NCBI GenBank assembly: GCA_048886185.1
Contig: JBHLKY010000024.1
Coordinates: forward strand, 1-32,000
Reading direction: 5' to 3'
Source: Candidatus Hermodarchaeota archaeon
GTDB lineage: Archaea; Asgardarchaeota; Heimdallarchaeia; Hodarchaeales; Hodarchaeaceae
DNA length: 32,000 nt
The position numbers and the translations under genes are program-made. Positions 17,910 to 26,719 of the stretch are shown here, piece after piece. Within the stretch, counting starts at the first letter, position 1. Every line of letters starts with the position of its first letter. The notes below the pieces were generated by a model. The model worked only from the letters and a program-made list of their open reading frames with translations. It made no database searches and was not told the origin of the DNA.

Positions 17910-19946
17910 TTACTGAAGAAAAAATATCTGAAATTCATTGTTGAAGGGGATGTTCGTAAGATATAGCAAGTAGTCCACAAGGAAGCAGGAGAGAGCATCG
18001 TGGATAGACCCATCAGTAGCAACAGCCATTAATTCATTCTTGTTTGAATAGTGTTTAAAGAGCTCTACCGCAACTTTGTAAGGGGAGAGATAAAGTGTGG
18101 TTTTAAGGGGAGGTAAGCCAATTCGTTCCATGATTGAATCGAGTACTTTCTCTTGGGAAAATAACACAATCTGGATTGAAATATGAGCAGCAAAATTGAT
18201 CAGATTCTTTCTTCCTGGTGGTGGATTGAAAAAAAGTTTGATATTATCTAGTGAAGGATTCTTCTGTAGGAATGTAAGGAATTCTAACACTTCAGGGATC
18301 GCAGTAAAGCGATTAACCACTACCTCAGATTTAATTGCAGTCTTCCACCAAAATAGGAAGGTTTCGGGCTCAAGATATGTTGTTAGAAACCAAGCCCAAT
18401 CTTTTTTGAAAAGATGTTTTCGTGATAGGTACGTATCTCCTACCAAGACCATAAACTCATCCAACGTTTCTGCATTCCTGAAGTGATGGAGAAGCGCTGG
18501 GGGATACGTAAACGAGGGATAGAGTTCATTGTATGAATTTTTGATTCCCCCATTGACTGAGGACCAAGTATAGCTTAACAGCTCCTCTGTGGGATGCATG
18601 AAATCGTATATTCTTGTCGCCTTATTCATATAGCAAGAGTCAAAGATTCTATTAAGTCCAGCATCATCAGCTCGTTTTAGAGTGACACGGATCGTCTCAG
18701 GAGTAACATCAATATTGCCTAGAAAGATGTTCCAAGAATTTACAAAATCATCGGGATTCAATGATTCAGGAGATCTGAATATTCGTTCCTCCAAGGAAAA
18801 ATATTTCTTTCCCGAGTGTCTGAACTCGTCTTTAACCAATTTTTTTGCTTGGGTGAAAAAATTGATGATATCCTCACTCTTTTGTGGAGCTTTATTTGCT
18901 CTAAGATTATGATCTTCAAGAGAGCCAACAGGGAGTGGATTGAAAACTCCACAATAACCCGCTTTTCTGATGTGCCTTAACATACCAGCTGTGAAAGTCA
19001 GTAGATGTAGCCCGTACCAGGATACTTTCTCATCCTCCTCCCTCTCTTGGTTAATTTCAATTAGCAAATCAGCAAGTTTCGTAACAAAATCATCACCCTC
19101 AGCATTAAGTTCAGAACATATGAAAAAAAGTTGATTCAGCTGATACTTCTGTAGAAAGTTGATCTCCTCTTTGATCACGTCTAAGTTCCGATATTGGACT
19201 TTTTTCCCCTTAATCAGGGGTTCAGGACACATTGTACACCTCATTGGGCACCCCCGAGACACTTCTATAGGAACACTTAGCTCTAGAGGTTCCTCTGAGA
19301 ATCGAGAATAGAATTCCTCTCGGTGTTTTATGATCTTATCTGTATATTCTTGACGGTAGGCAGGAGGAAAATACTGGAGTGGCCCCCTTTGGAGCTCCCT
19401 TCCTTGAAAATAAATAAGGTTGGCAATCTGATTCAAATGCTGTTTTTCAAGAACCTCTTCGAAATACTCAAAAAAAGCGTCTGGCCCTCCAATCACACCA
19501 TAATCAGGATTGAGGTAATTCATCAACTTTTCTGGCATCATAGAAAAAGCAAATCCTCCAATGACAACAGGGACATCAGTTAATTTGCGAAGAACTTGAA
19601 CTAAACGTTTTGTAGCTTGGATTGGATAGTAGAATGTTTGCTCGGATGATTGAAAGATAGTGGCCTTGTGATAATTCGTGGTTTTCGGAGGGGGTTGATA
19701 GTCATTTACATCCACACAGTCTGTATTTCTCAAAGTAATCAATATCATATTAAACAGGTCATTTTTGAGTAGCTTCTGAAGATAACCCTCCCAGTGCTTT
19801 TCTGTAATTCCGTACATATCATTACAGATCGTCCGAATGTTAAACCTGTCTGCAATCTCTGAAACTTGTACAAAAGCGTAGGGATACACCAATGCAGTCT
19901 TGAGGTTGCTTGCATTAAGTAACAGGATGGTTCTTTGAGGAGTCAC
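17910..19946 (-). CDS. Cobalamin-binding radical SAM protein
   Basis: CxxxCxxC motif in EVSRGCPMRCTMCPE; N-terminal B12-binding-type segment ITLRNTD...PVVIGGFAFSMMPEKLMNYLNPDYGVIGG; long C-terminal extension; GTG start. Confidence 0.88.
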   Translation of the reverse strand: MTPQRTILLLNASNLKTALVYPYAFVQVSEIADRFNIRTICNDMYGITEKHWEGYLQKLLKNDLFNMILITLRNTDCVDVNDYQPPPKTTNYHKATIFQSSEQTFYYPIQATKRLVQVLRKLTDVPVVIGGFAFSMMPEKLMNYLNPDYGVIGGPDAFFEYFEEVLEKQHLNQIANLIYFQGRELQRGPLQYFPPAYRQEYTDKIIKHREEFYSRFSEEPLELSVPIEVSRGCPMRCTMCPEPLIKGKKVQYRNLDVIKEEINFLQKYQLNQLFFICSELNAEGDDFVTKLADLLIEINQEREEDEKVSWYGLHLLTFTAGMLRHIRKAGYCGVFNPLPVGSLEDHNLRANKAPQKSEDIINFFTQAKKLVKDEFRHSGKKYFSLEERIFRSPESLNPDDFVNSWNIFLGNIDVTPETIRVTLKRADDAGLNRIFDSCYMNKATRIYDFMHPTEELLSYTWSSVNGGIKNSYNELYPSFTYPPALLHHFRNAETLDEFMVLVGDTYLSRKHLFKKDWAWFLTTYLEPETFLFWWKTAIKSEVVVNRFTAIPEVLEFLTFLQKNPSLDNIKLFFNPPPGRKNLINFAAHISIQIVLFSQEKVLDSIMERIGLPPLKTTLYLSPYKVAVELFKHYSNKNELMAVATDGSIHDALSCFLVDYLLYLTNIPFNNEFQIFFLQ

Positions 19947-20191
19947 AGGATTACCTCAATCTTGATCCAACAAATTTTGAGACTCTTGATAAATATGTTT
20001 CTTCAGGCAACCAGAAATGCAACTCCTATGATATAAGCAAACAATTGTGGAAGCATTACTCCTCTAGTAATAACCAGTCTTTAAAATAATCCCATCAATA
20101 ATAATAATTTTAGTTATGATTACAGTCTTAGCAGTAAGGGGCAATATTACTCAAATTTTCCATATTGTGTGGTTCTTTGACTTACACTGAT

Positions 20192-20215
20192 TAGGTGAAT
20201 AATCTAGGTGAATAA
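20192..20215. repeat. 11-bp direct repeat in the divergent radical SAM / Cys-rich peptide intergenic region; possible regulator site
   Basis: TAGGTGAATAA at 20192-20202 and 20205-20215 (period 13). Confidence 0.45.
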
Positions 20216-20551
20216 CTCTCATTGAAAGAATTTTAAACTGAAAAGGAAGCATTTAATGAAGCCTGAAACTGAAAGTTTCTAATTTTTAAAAGAATGGACT
20301 AACATCAAAATTTAAGCAATTATTTAGCCTTTATGATGAATCCTCTATTATTTTCAATAAGTATTAGGCCTTTTGTTCCTTTTTCTAGCAGTCACCACAA
20401 CATGATCTACTTATCTTTATCTTTTATCAAGAATTTCTAGAAGATCTTTGAAATATACCAAAAAAGTGTTCCTCATTTCTTTTTAAACACTATTTTACCC
20501 ATACATGAACGCTATAACTTGGTAAATAGTAATAGCAAGATATGAAACAAG

Positions 20552-20803
20552 GTGATTCTTATTAAGAAAAAGTTATTTCCCTTAATGGTTCTATCTATTG
20601 TTCTCCTCCTGTCAGGTGGCTTGGTCTTCGCTTCTACTGCACCCGGTGGTAATGAAAATGGCGATTGCGATCGAGATCGTGATGGTGACTGTGACTGTGA
20701 TTGTGAGTGTGAATGTACCTGTGATGGATGTGGTAATTGTGCGTGTAACTGCCATAGCCCCTCAGATGGCGAAGGAAGCGCCAAGCGTTTCAGGAGATGG
20801 TGA
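20552..20803 (+). CDS. Small secreted cysteine-rich acidic peptide (metallothionein-like composition)
   Basis: Basic plus hydrophobic signal peptide ending VFA; mature part DCDRDRDGDCDCDCECECTCDGCGNCACNCH with 11 Cys. Confidence 0.72.
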   Translation: MILIKKKLFPLMVLSIVLLLSGGLVFASTAPGGNENGDCDRDRDGDCDCDCECECTCDGCGNCACNCHSPSDGEGSAKRFRRW

Positions 20804-21018
20804 TGGATCTTAAACCAGAATAATCAAACCTTCCCTCACTTTGAAGATATATAAAATATCTTCCTTTTTTTCTCTTATAGAACATCTACCCAAGAATAGT
20901 GAAATATTTTACTTAAATATTGGTAATGTTAACATTGTAGATGATCACAATTTGATTAAATTAGTTGCTTTCTGAATTCTTTGTTTCATTTCACGAAATA
21001 TTGATGTCGGTTAACTCT

Positions 21019-21333
21019 CTATTTCTCTTTTCTCCATTTTATTGACAGTGACTTAAACTCTCTTTTTTCCAATTTGTCAACAATAATCTTACCCACTTCT
21101 TCAGGATTTTCTAGATTCATGTGTTTGAAACTCTCTACTAGAATACTCGAGTCTTCTGGGATCACATCTGTGAGCATCTGATCTAAACCCAGCCAAATAG
21201 CCAGTTCTATTAGATCTATCTCTGAAAAATCCGTAGTCCCCATTACCTTACGGACTACAGGTAAAAATCCTCTTATTTTTCTCCATGTTTCGTCAGAGAT
21301 GAAGACCCTGTGTGAATCTTTTAAGGAAATCAC
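21019..21333 (-). CDS. Hypothetical protein, possibly with a ribbon-helix-helix-like N-terminus
   Basis: 104-aa ORF with natural composition and no opposing gene; SHRVFISDETWRKI has a beta-alpha pattern. Confidence 0.6.
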   Translation of the reverse strand: MISLKDSHRVFISDETWRKIRGFLPVVRKVMGTTDFSEIDLIELAIWLGLDQMLTDVIPEDSSILVESFKHMNLENPEEVGKIIVDKLEKREFKSLSIKWRKEK

Positions 21334-21927
21334 CTCAATATCCCTTTTCTTCCTAATAACACCTTTTCACAACTCAGCAAAACCTGTCTCATTAGTACTA
21401 GGTCTTAAACAGTAATATTAGCATGTGTTGATTTCGTGAAGTCTCAAATTAAGCTTCTTTCAAGGAAAAATTAATCCAGCTCACAGTTAGGTAACTCCCA
21501 AGCTTATTATTTAAAGCCAATAGAAATAAAAAAATACAATTTGTCATGAAAAATATTTTTAAAATCTTTAGACTGTTTCAATATAAATTCTCCTGATTTA
21601 ATCAACCCATTCTTCTCTCTCACTATCTATTTTGAGTTTGATTATTCACTAAAGAAATTTATAGGGTACCAATAAAACATAACTATAATGATTTCTTGAC
21701 TTCATGTGGAACTAGGTTTCTGAAAGTTCAGCCAATCATTGGCAGTGGAAGTTTTTCAGGATGTGAGTTTTTTACAAATTTTCTCCTGCAAATTGTTATT
21801 TTATGATTGTTCCCTCTTTATAAAGTCTCTAATTCTTGAGGAAATTTGCTCATTTATCATAAAATACATTAGAGATAGTAATAAGAAATGAGGATTTCTT
21901 TTTATTCCAACAAGATTAGTTGGAGGC

Positions 21928-22494
21928 ATGAATGGTCTGCGATCGTATAAATTTTGCTTATTAGGAGACCAAGGAGTGGGTAAAACCTCCATAAAACAAA
22001 GTTTCTTTGGAATCCCCTTCCATTCCCATTATCTGATGACTATGGGGGTTGATTTTACTCTCAAAGAAGTTGAAGTGAAAGGAGAAGAGTTTCAATTACA
22101 GCTTTGGGATGTCTCAGGTCACCCGTCAGTTAGAAATATTAGAGAACGCTATATCCAAGATGCTGATGGCATCATTTTAGTGTTTGATTTGACTCGTGAA
22201 GAAACATTTCAGAATATCCCAGCTTGGATTAAAGAGATTATTATCAACTGTTCCAAATCAGTTGTATTACAGATCATAGGAAATAAAGCTGATTTAGAAG
22301 AACATCTACCTTTTGTTCAAAAAGATGAAATTGACTCATTAATCGATCATCTTCACGAAGCTGTGATAGCCAAACATTTTCACAATATTGGATATTTTAT
22401 ATGTTCAGCTAAAACAAAATTGAATATTGATGAAGTTTTTCTTTCCCTGATTCTTGCCATAGGAAATTCTTTTGAGCTAAAGACTCTTGAATGA
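21928..22494 (+). CDS. Rab-like small GTPase (Ras superfamily)
   Basis: G1 GDQGVGKT, G2 TMGVDF, G3 WDVSGH, G4 NKAD, G5 SAK; Rab-type QLQLW and LVFDLT; no C-terminal prenylation Cys. Confidence 0.93.
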   Translation: MNGLRSYKFCLLGDQGVGKTSIKQSFFGIPFHSHYLMTMGVDFTLKEVEVKGEEFQLQLWDVSGHPSVRNIRERYIQDADGIILVFDLTREETFQNIPAWIKEIIINCSKSVVLQIIGNKADLEEHLPFVQKDEIDSLIDHLHEAVIAKHFHNIGYFICSAKTKLNIDEVFLSLILAIGNSFELKTLE

Positions 22495-22586
22495 TTTTAA
22501 TATTAATAGAGATGCTATTAGAGAATAATAACTGCGTTTTTGTAAAAATCCTTGGAACTTTATGTGTCTCTGAAGTCTTTATCATA

Positions 22587-22898
22587 TCAATTCTTATATA
22601 GTAAGATCAGAAAAACGATCAAGCGAATGATTATAAACCCAATAATTCCAGCAACAATAGCTGCAGAGACATGAATCACCATCATGAGGGGAATTGTCTG
22701 TTCTCATGCACGGAGGAACACAGCGTATATAGTTGAAAGAATAAAGGTAATTATTGCAATTATCACTCCACCTAGAAATCCTAAAACATTTTTGTTGTTA
22801 ATTTTGACTCCTTTTGTTTCATGATAAATCCGTACTATCTTTTGTCTGTATAAGATTAGAAGTGAAACAATGATAGCTATTCTTCTATGAATACATAC
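22587..22898 (-). pseudogene. Remnant of a multi-TM membrane protein with an internal TGA and no start codon
   Basis: One frame reads RRIAIIVSLLILY...VLGFLGGVIIAIITFILSTIYAVFLRA*EQTIPLMMVIHVSAAIVAGIIGFIIIRLIVFLILLYKN*; internal TGA at 22706-22704. Confidence 0.45.
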
Positions 22899-22979
22899 TT
22901 ATAAGTCAGATATAAGCTTAACCTGTAAAATCAGGGGGTATATTCTAGTCAAACTAACTAAAATAAATAAGGGTTCAGT

Positions 22980-23609
22980 ATGAAGGAGTATAATTCTATT
23001 GAATTTGCGGAAGATGCTGTAATTAATGAAGATATTATTATCAAAGGCTCTGCTATAGCTCGTGGCAATCTAAAATCTGCTTTGATGATTGTATCTGGTG
23101 CTTTAGAAGTTGGGAAAGATCTCAAATGTTCAGATAACTTAACAGTTAAAGGTAAATGTCATGTTAAGGGATTAATCAAGACCAAATCTCTCTCAACAAC
23201 AGGATCAATCGAAGCTACTTCAATTGAAGCCACTATTATTCAATTAGCTGGAAAGATTACCATTCATTCAGATGTCACAGCTTTAGAATCGATAATTATC
23301 GAAATTAAGCCTAAGAAGAGGAATGTGGTTATTAAAGGATTGGTCAAAGCTCCAAAAGTCAGACTTATTTTTCGTATGTTCTACACTGAATGGTCCTCCG
23401 TTCCTGGAAAAATTGTGTCTCGTTTTGGACTACGCAGACATTATAAAAGGAAAATAATCATAGAAAACTTGAATATAGAAACGGATAAACTAGTAATAGA
23501 AACTCCCTACCCTGTAGATATGATTGAATGTTTTTACACTGATTGCAAAATAAATGCAGGTGAAACAGAGCTAACAAGGAGAGTAGTCCCTCTTCCTGAT
23601 TCACCATAA
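22980..23609 (+). CDS. Bactofilin-like (polymer-forming cytoskeletal) beta-helix protein
   Basis: Repeating ~6-residue strands with G-x-[VIL] turns: DIIIKGSAIARGNLKS...VSGALEVGKDLKCSDNLTVKGKCHVKGLIKT...TTGSIEA...LAGKITIHSDVTA. Confidence 0.7.
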   Translation: MKEYNSIEFAEDAVINEDIIIKGSAIARGNLKSALMIVSGALEVGKDLKCSDNLTVKGKCHVKGLIKTKSLSTTGSIEATSIEATIIQLAGKITIHSDVTALESIIIEIKPKKRNVVIKGLVKAPKVRLIFRMFYTEWSSVPGKIVSRFGLRRHYKRKIIIENLNIETDKLVIETPYPVDMIECFYTDCKINAGETELTRRVVPLPDSP

Positions 23610-23746
23610 GTAGATTCCAAACAATCTAATTACCACCACTACTCTCCCAAGTATTTAAATCTGGATTTACCTCAAATTAGTCTATATAATTTGTAAAAAT
23701 GACTCATTATTTAACAAAAATGATGGTTTCATAAAATAAGGATTCA

Positions 23747-24121
23747 TTATTCATCCCCTGAAGGAATCACTGTTTCTTTTTCAACCATCAAGATGACAGT
23801 TTTTTCTGGGGCACGTGTGCGATGAATTACCCCCTTTGGTACAGCATACCCTTGTTTTGGTGTTAGCTTAATTATTTCTTCTTCTAAATCTATGAACAAA
23901 CTCCCTTCTATAACATAGAAAAATTCATCCTCCATCTTATGTTTATGCCAATGGAACTCCCCTTGAATGATTCCTACTCTAACCACACTTTCATTGACAT
24001 GACACAAGGTCTGATTAAACCATTGATCTGTACAGGATTCGATTATCTCTGGAATGTCAATGATTTTTAAATATCCATATTTTTCTTCCATTTGGAATTT
24101 ATATTCTGGGTGTTTTTTCAT
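23747..24121 (-). CDS. Cupin domain protein
   Basis: Cupin motif 1 GEFHWHKHKMEDEFFYVIEG and motif 2 GYAVPKGVIHRTRA. Confidence 0.9.
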   Translation of the reverse strand: MKKHPEYKFQMEEKYGYLKIIDIPEIIESCTDQWFNQTLCHVNESVVRVGIIQGEFHWHKHKMEDEFFYVIEGSLFIDLEEEIIKLTPKQGYAVPKGVIHRTRAPEKTVILMVEKETVIPSGDE

Positions 24122-24241
24122 AGGATCTCTCCTCTACCTTTTTAATCGTACCTGTTTTTGGTAGAGAGTTTATTTTCAGGATCGAAACCATCTTTCTCCC
24201 CTCAATTTTGTTATTTCTCAAGTAAATATCACTGTTTTATC

Positions 24242-24598
24242 TTAAGCTTCGATTAATGCCAATGTTTGCAGGAAATCTGTTGATTTCGATTGTTGATCCA
24301 CATTTTCTACTCGATAAACAATTCCTGTTTCTCGTTGAATAACATTTGCTGTATGAGCACCTATGAATTTGGATCGAGCTGGAGCAGCCATTCCAACCCA
24401 CAAAAATATCTTCCGCAATGCTTGGTTAATGAGAATATATACTTCTTTCTCCTTTAATGGAAGGGAAGAATAAGGGAGTGATTCCAATTCATCAGGATTA
24501 GTTTTAACCCAAAAGAGGTGGATATCCTCTTTTTCAGTCATTTTCTGTTTAGTATAGGGACCTGCAACTGGTTTAACGATAGGGATTGTTGAGAACAT
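24242..24598 (-). CDS. Single-domain gelsolin-like protein (Asgard type)
   Basis: EVYILINQALRKIFLWVG, long helix ARSKFIGAHTANVIQ, and VENVDQQSKSTDFLQTL match the gelsolin repeat pattern (xxILD...IxxWxG...A...VxEGxE..F..L). Confidence 0.75.
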   Translation of the reverse strand: MFSTIPIVKPVAGPYTKQKMTEKEDIHLFWVKTNPDELESLPYSSLPLKEKEVYILINQALRKIFLWVGMAAPARSKFIGAHTANVIQRETGIVYRVENVDQQSKSTDFLQTLALIEA

Positions 24599-24923
24599 AT
24601 GTAGTTCCTCCAGTATTTCATACTCATTAGTAATTATGGTCTTCTTCCACGATTTATATACTATTAGAAGATGTCCAGAATATCGTACTTATGGTCAATA
24701 ACAATAGAATTTCTCCAAGACAGTAACATACGAAACTTCCCAGCAGATTGATGTGATGAAAAGTAATTCTCGATAAAATAAATATAAAATGGTTTCGTTC
24801 CCTCAATCTAATCATGTAACAAAGCTAGGGTATCCCTCATGCCCTCAAATTAATTGAAACCATGAGTACCAAATGTTTGATGATACCTCTTACATTGATT
24901 CTTATCCTCAATAATTATTTCCT

Positions 24924-25940
24924 TCATTCCACTAAAAAAATCCTTTCTTGGGGGCGTCCTTTGCCTTTAGAGATTTTTTTAATTTGGATATGTTTTTCTG
25001 CTTCCAGAATTGCTATTGAATTATTCAGATTTTTACCACTAATTTGAAGTTGGTCAGCAATTTCTTGTTTTGAAAGTGCCTTTTTTTCGGAAAGTAAAGC
25101 TAATATTCTTGTTGAAATGGACTTATTCGTTCGTTGTTCTTTCAAAAGCTCCCAAGCATCATGAAAAGCACGTTTACGAATTTGATTCTTTATATTTTCT
25201 ACAACATTGAAGTCTAAAAACGAGTTAAGGATCCAATCACTACCCTGTGGATTGTATTCAATGGATATAAACCTTTTCCTATCAAGGAGGATGTTTCCGG
25301 AATGATAGATTTGATTATCAACGCTAACATAGTGTTGGGTCGGAAAATCTACAATAAAAGCCTTAATGGTCGCATCCAATTTTGGTACAATTTCTAGATC
25401 TTTTTCATGTATATATATACCAACCCATACCTTATTACGAACTTTATGATTAATGATTTCGATATATGGAGACAAGATACGTTTAGGAATAAGGTTGACA
25501 AGAATTTCAGATTGTGCTCCTGCTAGGTGCTCCGAAAGGAATGTTGACGCTAAACAATTATCGTGGAAGTAATAGAAGCTAATTTGTTGTTTACAAGAAC
25601 CTTTAATAAATTGATTTAGATAAGTGGTTTGAGCTTTATCTAGTTCAGCTCTAATTGATCGAATTTCCTCATTACGTCTTTCAATCTGTCTCTCTGCGAG
25701 CTGTGATAAAGTATGTGCAGGATTTTGGATAGAAAAAAGTTTTGGATATTCATCTTCAAAGGTTTCAATTAAATTATACTTTTCTAATTGCTTTAAAGCT
25801 GCATAGACACCTTTAGAAGGTATATTGAGACTTTCAGCGATGGTTTTCGCTGATAATCTCCCAATATTATCAAGAAGATAATTATAAACTCTATTACTAC
25901 TTGAATCAAATCCATAAGCTTCTAAATTCACAGTTGTCAT
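24924..25940 (-). CDS. TrmB-family transcriptional regulator with an extra C-terminal wHTH
   Basis: N-terminal TrmB HTH (VYNYLL...SAKTIAESLNIPSKGVYAALKQLEKYNLIE...PKLFSIQNP), coiled coil, effector-binding domain, then RILALLSEKKALSKQEIADQLQIS...KGRPQERIFL. Confidence 0.88.
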   Translation of the reverse strand: MTTVNLEAYGFDSSSNRVYNYLLDNIGRLSAKTIAESLNIPSKGVYAALKQLEKYNLIETFEDEYPKLFSIQNPAHTLSQLAERQIERRNEEIRSIRAELDKAQTTYLNQFIKGSCKQQISFYYFHDNCLASTFLSEHLAGAQSEILVNLIPKRILSPYIEIINHKVRNKVWVGIYIHEKDLEIVPKLDATIKAFIVDFPTQHYVSVDNQIYHSGNILLDRKRFISIEYNPQGSDWILNSFLDFNVVENIKNQIRKRAFHDAWELLKEQRTNKSISTRILALLSEKKALSKQEIADQLQISGKNLNNSIAILEAEKHIQIKKISKGKGRPQERIFLVE

Positions 25941-25973
25941 TCGTCAAAATCCCTAGGGGCCTTTTATTTTATA

Positions 25974-26012
25974 TCTGACATAACTTTTTCACTATCTGAA
26001 AAACTTGTCAGA
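25974..26012. promoter_or_regulatory. Imperfect nested inverted repeat between divergent promoters; candidate TrmB operator
   Basis: TCTGACA-taac-TTTTTCA-ctatc-TGAAAAA-ct-TGTCAGA, flanked by AT-rich TATA-like boxes near 25968 and 26019. Confidence 0.5.
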
Positions 26013-26076
26013 AAACAGTTATATATCCCAGCTCAATTTAATCACCTATAATTCAACTACTAAAGGTGAAATATGA

Positions 26077-26214
26077 ATGGCTGTATGTCGTGAATGCAAA
26101 TTCTGGACTCCCATTGAAGCAGAAGATGATATAGGAGATTGTTTTGGACACAGAGTACCTGGTGATACTCCGAGTGAGAATTGCCCTACCAACAGTTTTC
26201 AACCTCGCAAATAA
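26077..26214 (+). CDS. 45-aa four-cysteine metal-binding protein (not in the ORF track)
   Basis: MAVCRECKFWTPIEAEDDIGDCFGHRVPGDTPSENCPTNSFQPRK*; GGTGA Shine-Dalgarno 7 nt upstream; Cx2C-x14-C-x13-C. Confidence 0.78.
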   Translation: MAVCRECKFWTPIEAEDDIGDCFGHRVPGDTPSENCPTNSFQPRK

Positions 26215-26240
26215 AGAATTTTATATGGATAGAATGCATT

Positions 26241-26678
26241 ATGGAACTGACTTCAAAAAAAATTCTCACTCCCATAATCCTCGGGCTAATAATCTGGATA
26301 TTAGCCTTTTTTCTCATTGGTTGGACTCAAATAAGTGAAGACCCAGCGATACAAGACCTCTATATCCCAATGGTTATTCTATTTGGTATAGGAACAATAA
26401 TTCTAATGATAGTCTTTTTATTGTGGTATTTTCCTTATCTAGCTCTCGATCTCGAACAAGAATGGCTCAAAGAAAGTTTATTCTTCGGAATAGTAGTTAT
26501 GGGCGTACAATATACCTTAGATATCATTGTATTCACTTTAATGAATATGGATTTGATAACATATTTCTTTGGGATATTTCTAGGGAATCCTGATGGTTCT
26601 ACGGTTATGATCATGTACCCCTTGATTCTGGTTTGGGCTGTTCTTAGTGGTTTTGTTACCATGAGGATGAAAACCTAG
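26241..26678 (+). CDS. Hypothetical integral membrane protein (about 4 TM)
   Basis: Four hydrophobic helices. Start moved from the track's TTG 26181, which would overlap the small Cys gene, to ATG 26241. Confidence 0.75.
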   Translation: MELTSKKILTPIILGLIIWILAFFLIGWTQISEDPAIQDLYIPMVILFGIGTIILMIVFLLWYFPYLALDLEQEWLKESLFFGIVVMGVQYTLDIIVFTLMNMDLITYFFGIFLGNPDGSTVMIMYPLILVWAVLSGFVTMRMKT

Positions 26679-26719
26679 TTTAATCTCCTTTCTTTTTCTC
26701 AACTTATATTATATCGTTC

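Noticed and set aside
20030-20130. Hydrophobic minus-strand stretch (LLLLMGLF*RLVITRGVMLPQLFAYIIGVAFLVA*)
   Set aside because: Too short and interrupted; AT-rich DNA often yields hydrophobic translations by chance.
20598-20813. Overlapping alternative ORFs at the Cys-rich locus (71 aa plus strand, 90 aa minus strand)
   Set aside because: The 83-aa frame has a clear signal peptide and Cys pattern; the others are by-products of the same low-complexity sequence.
6190-22494. Functional link between the ICMT-family methyltransferase and the Rab-like GTPase (eukaryote-style CaaX processing)
   Set aside because: The GTPase has no C-terminal Cys, the genes are 15 kb apart, and ICMT-like proteins are widespread in prokaryotes.
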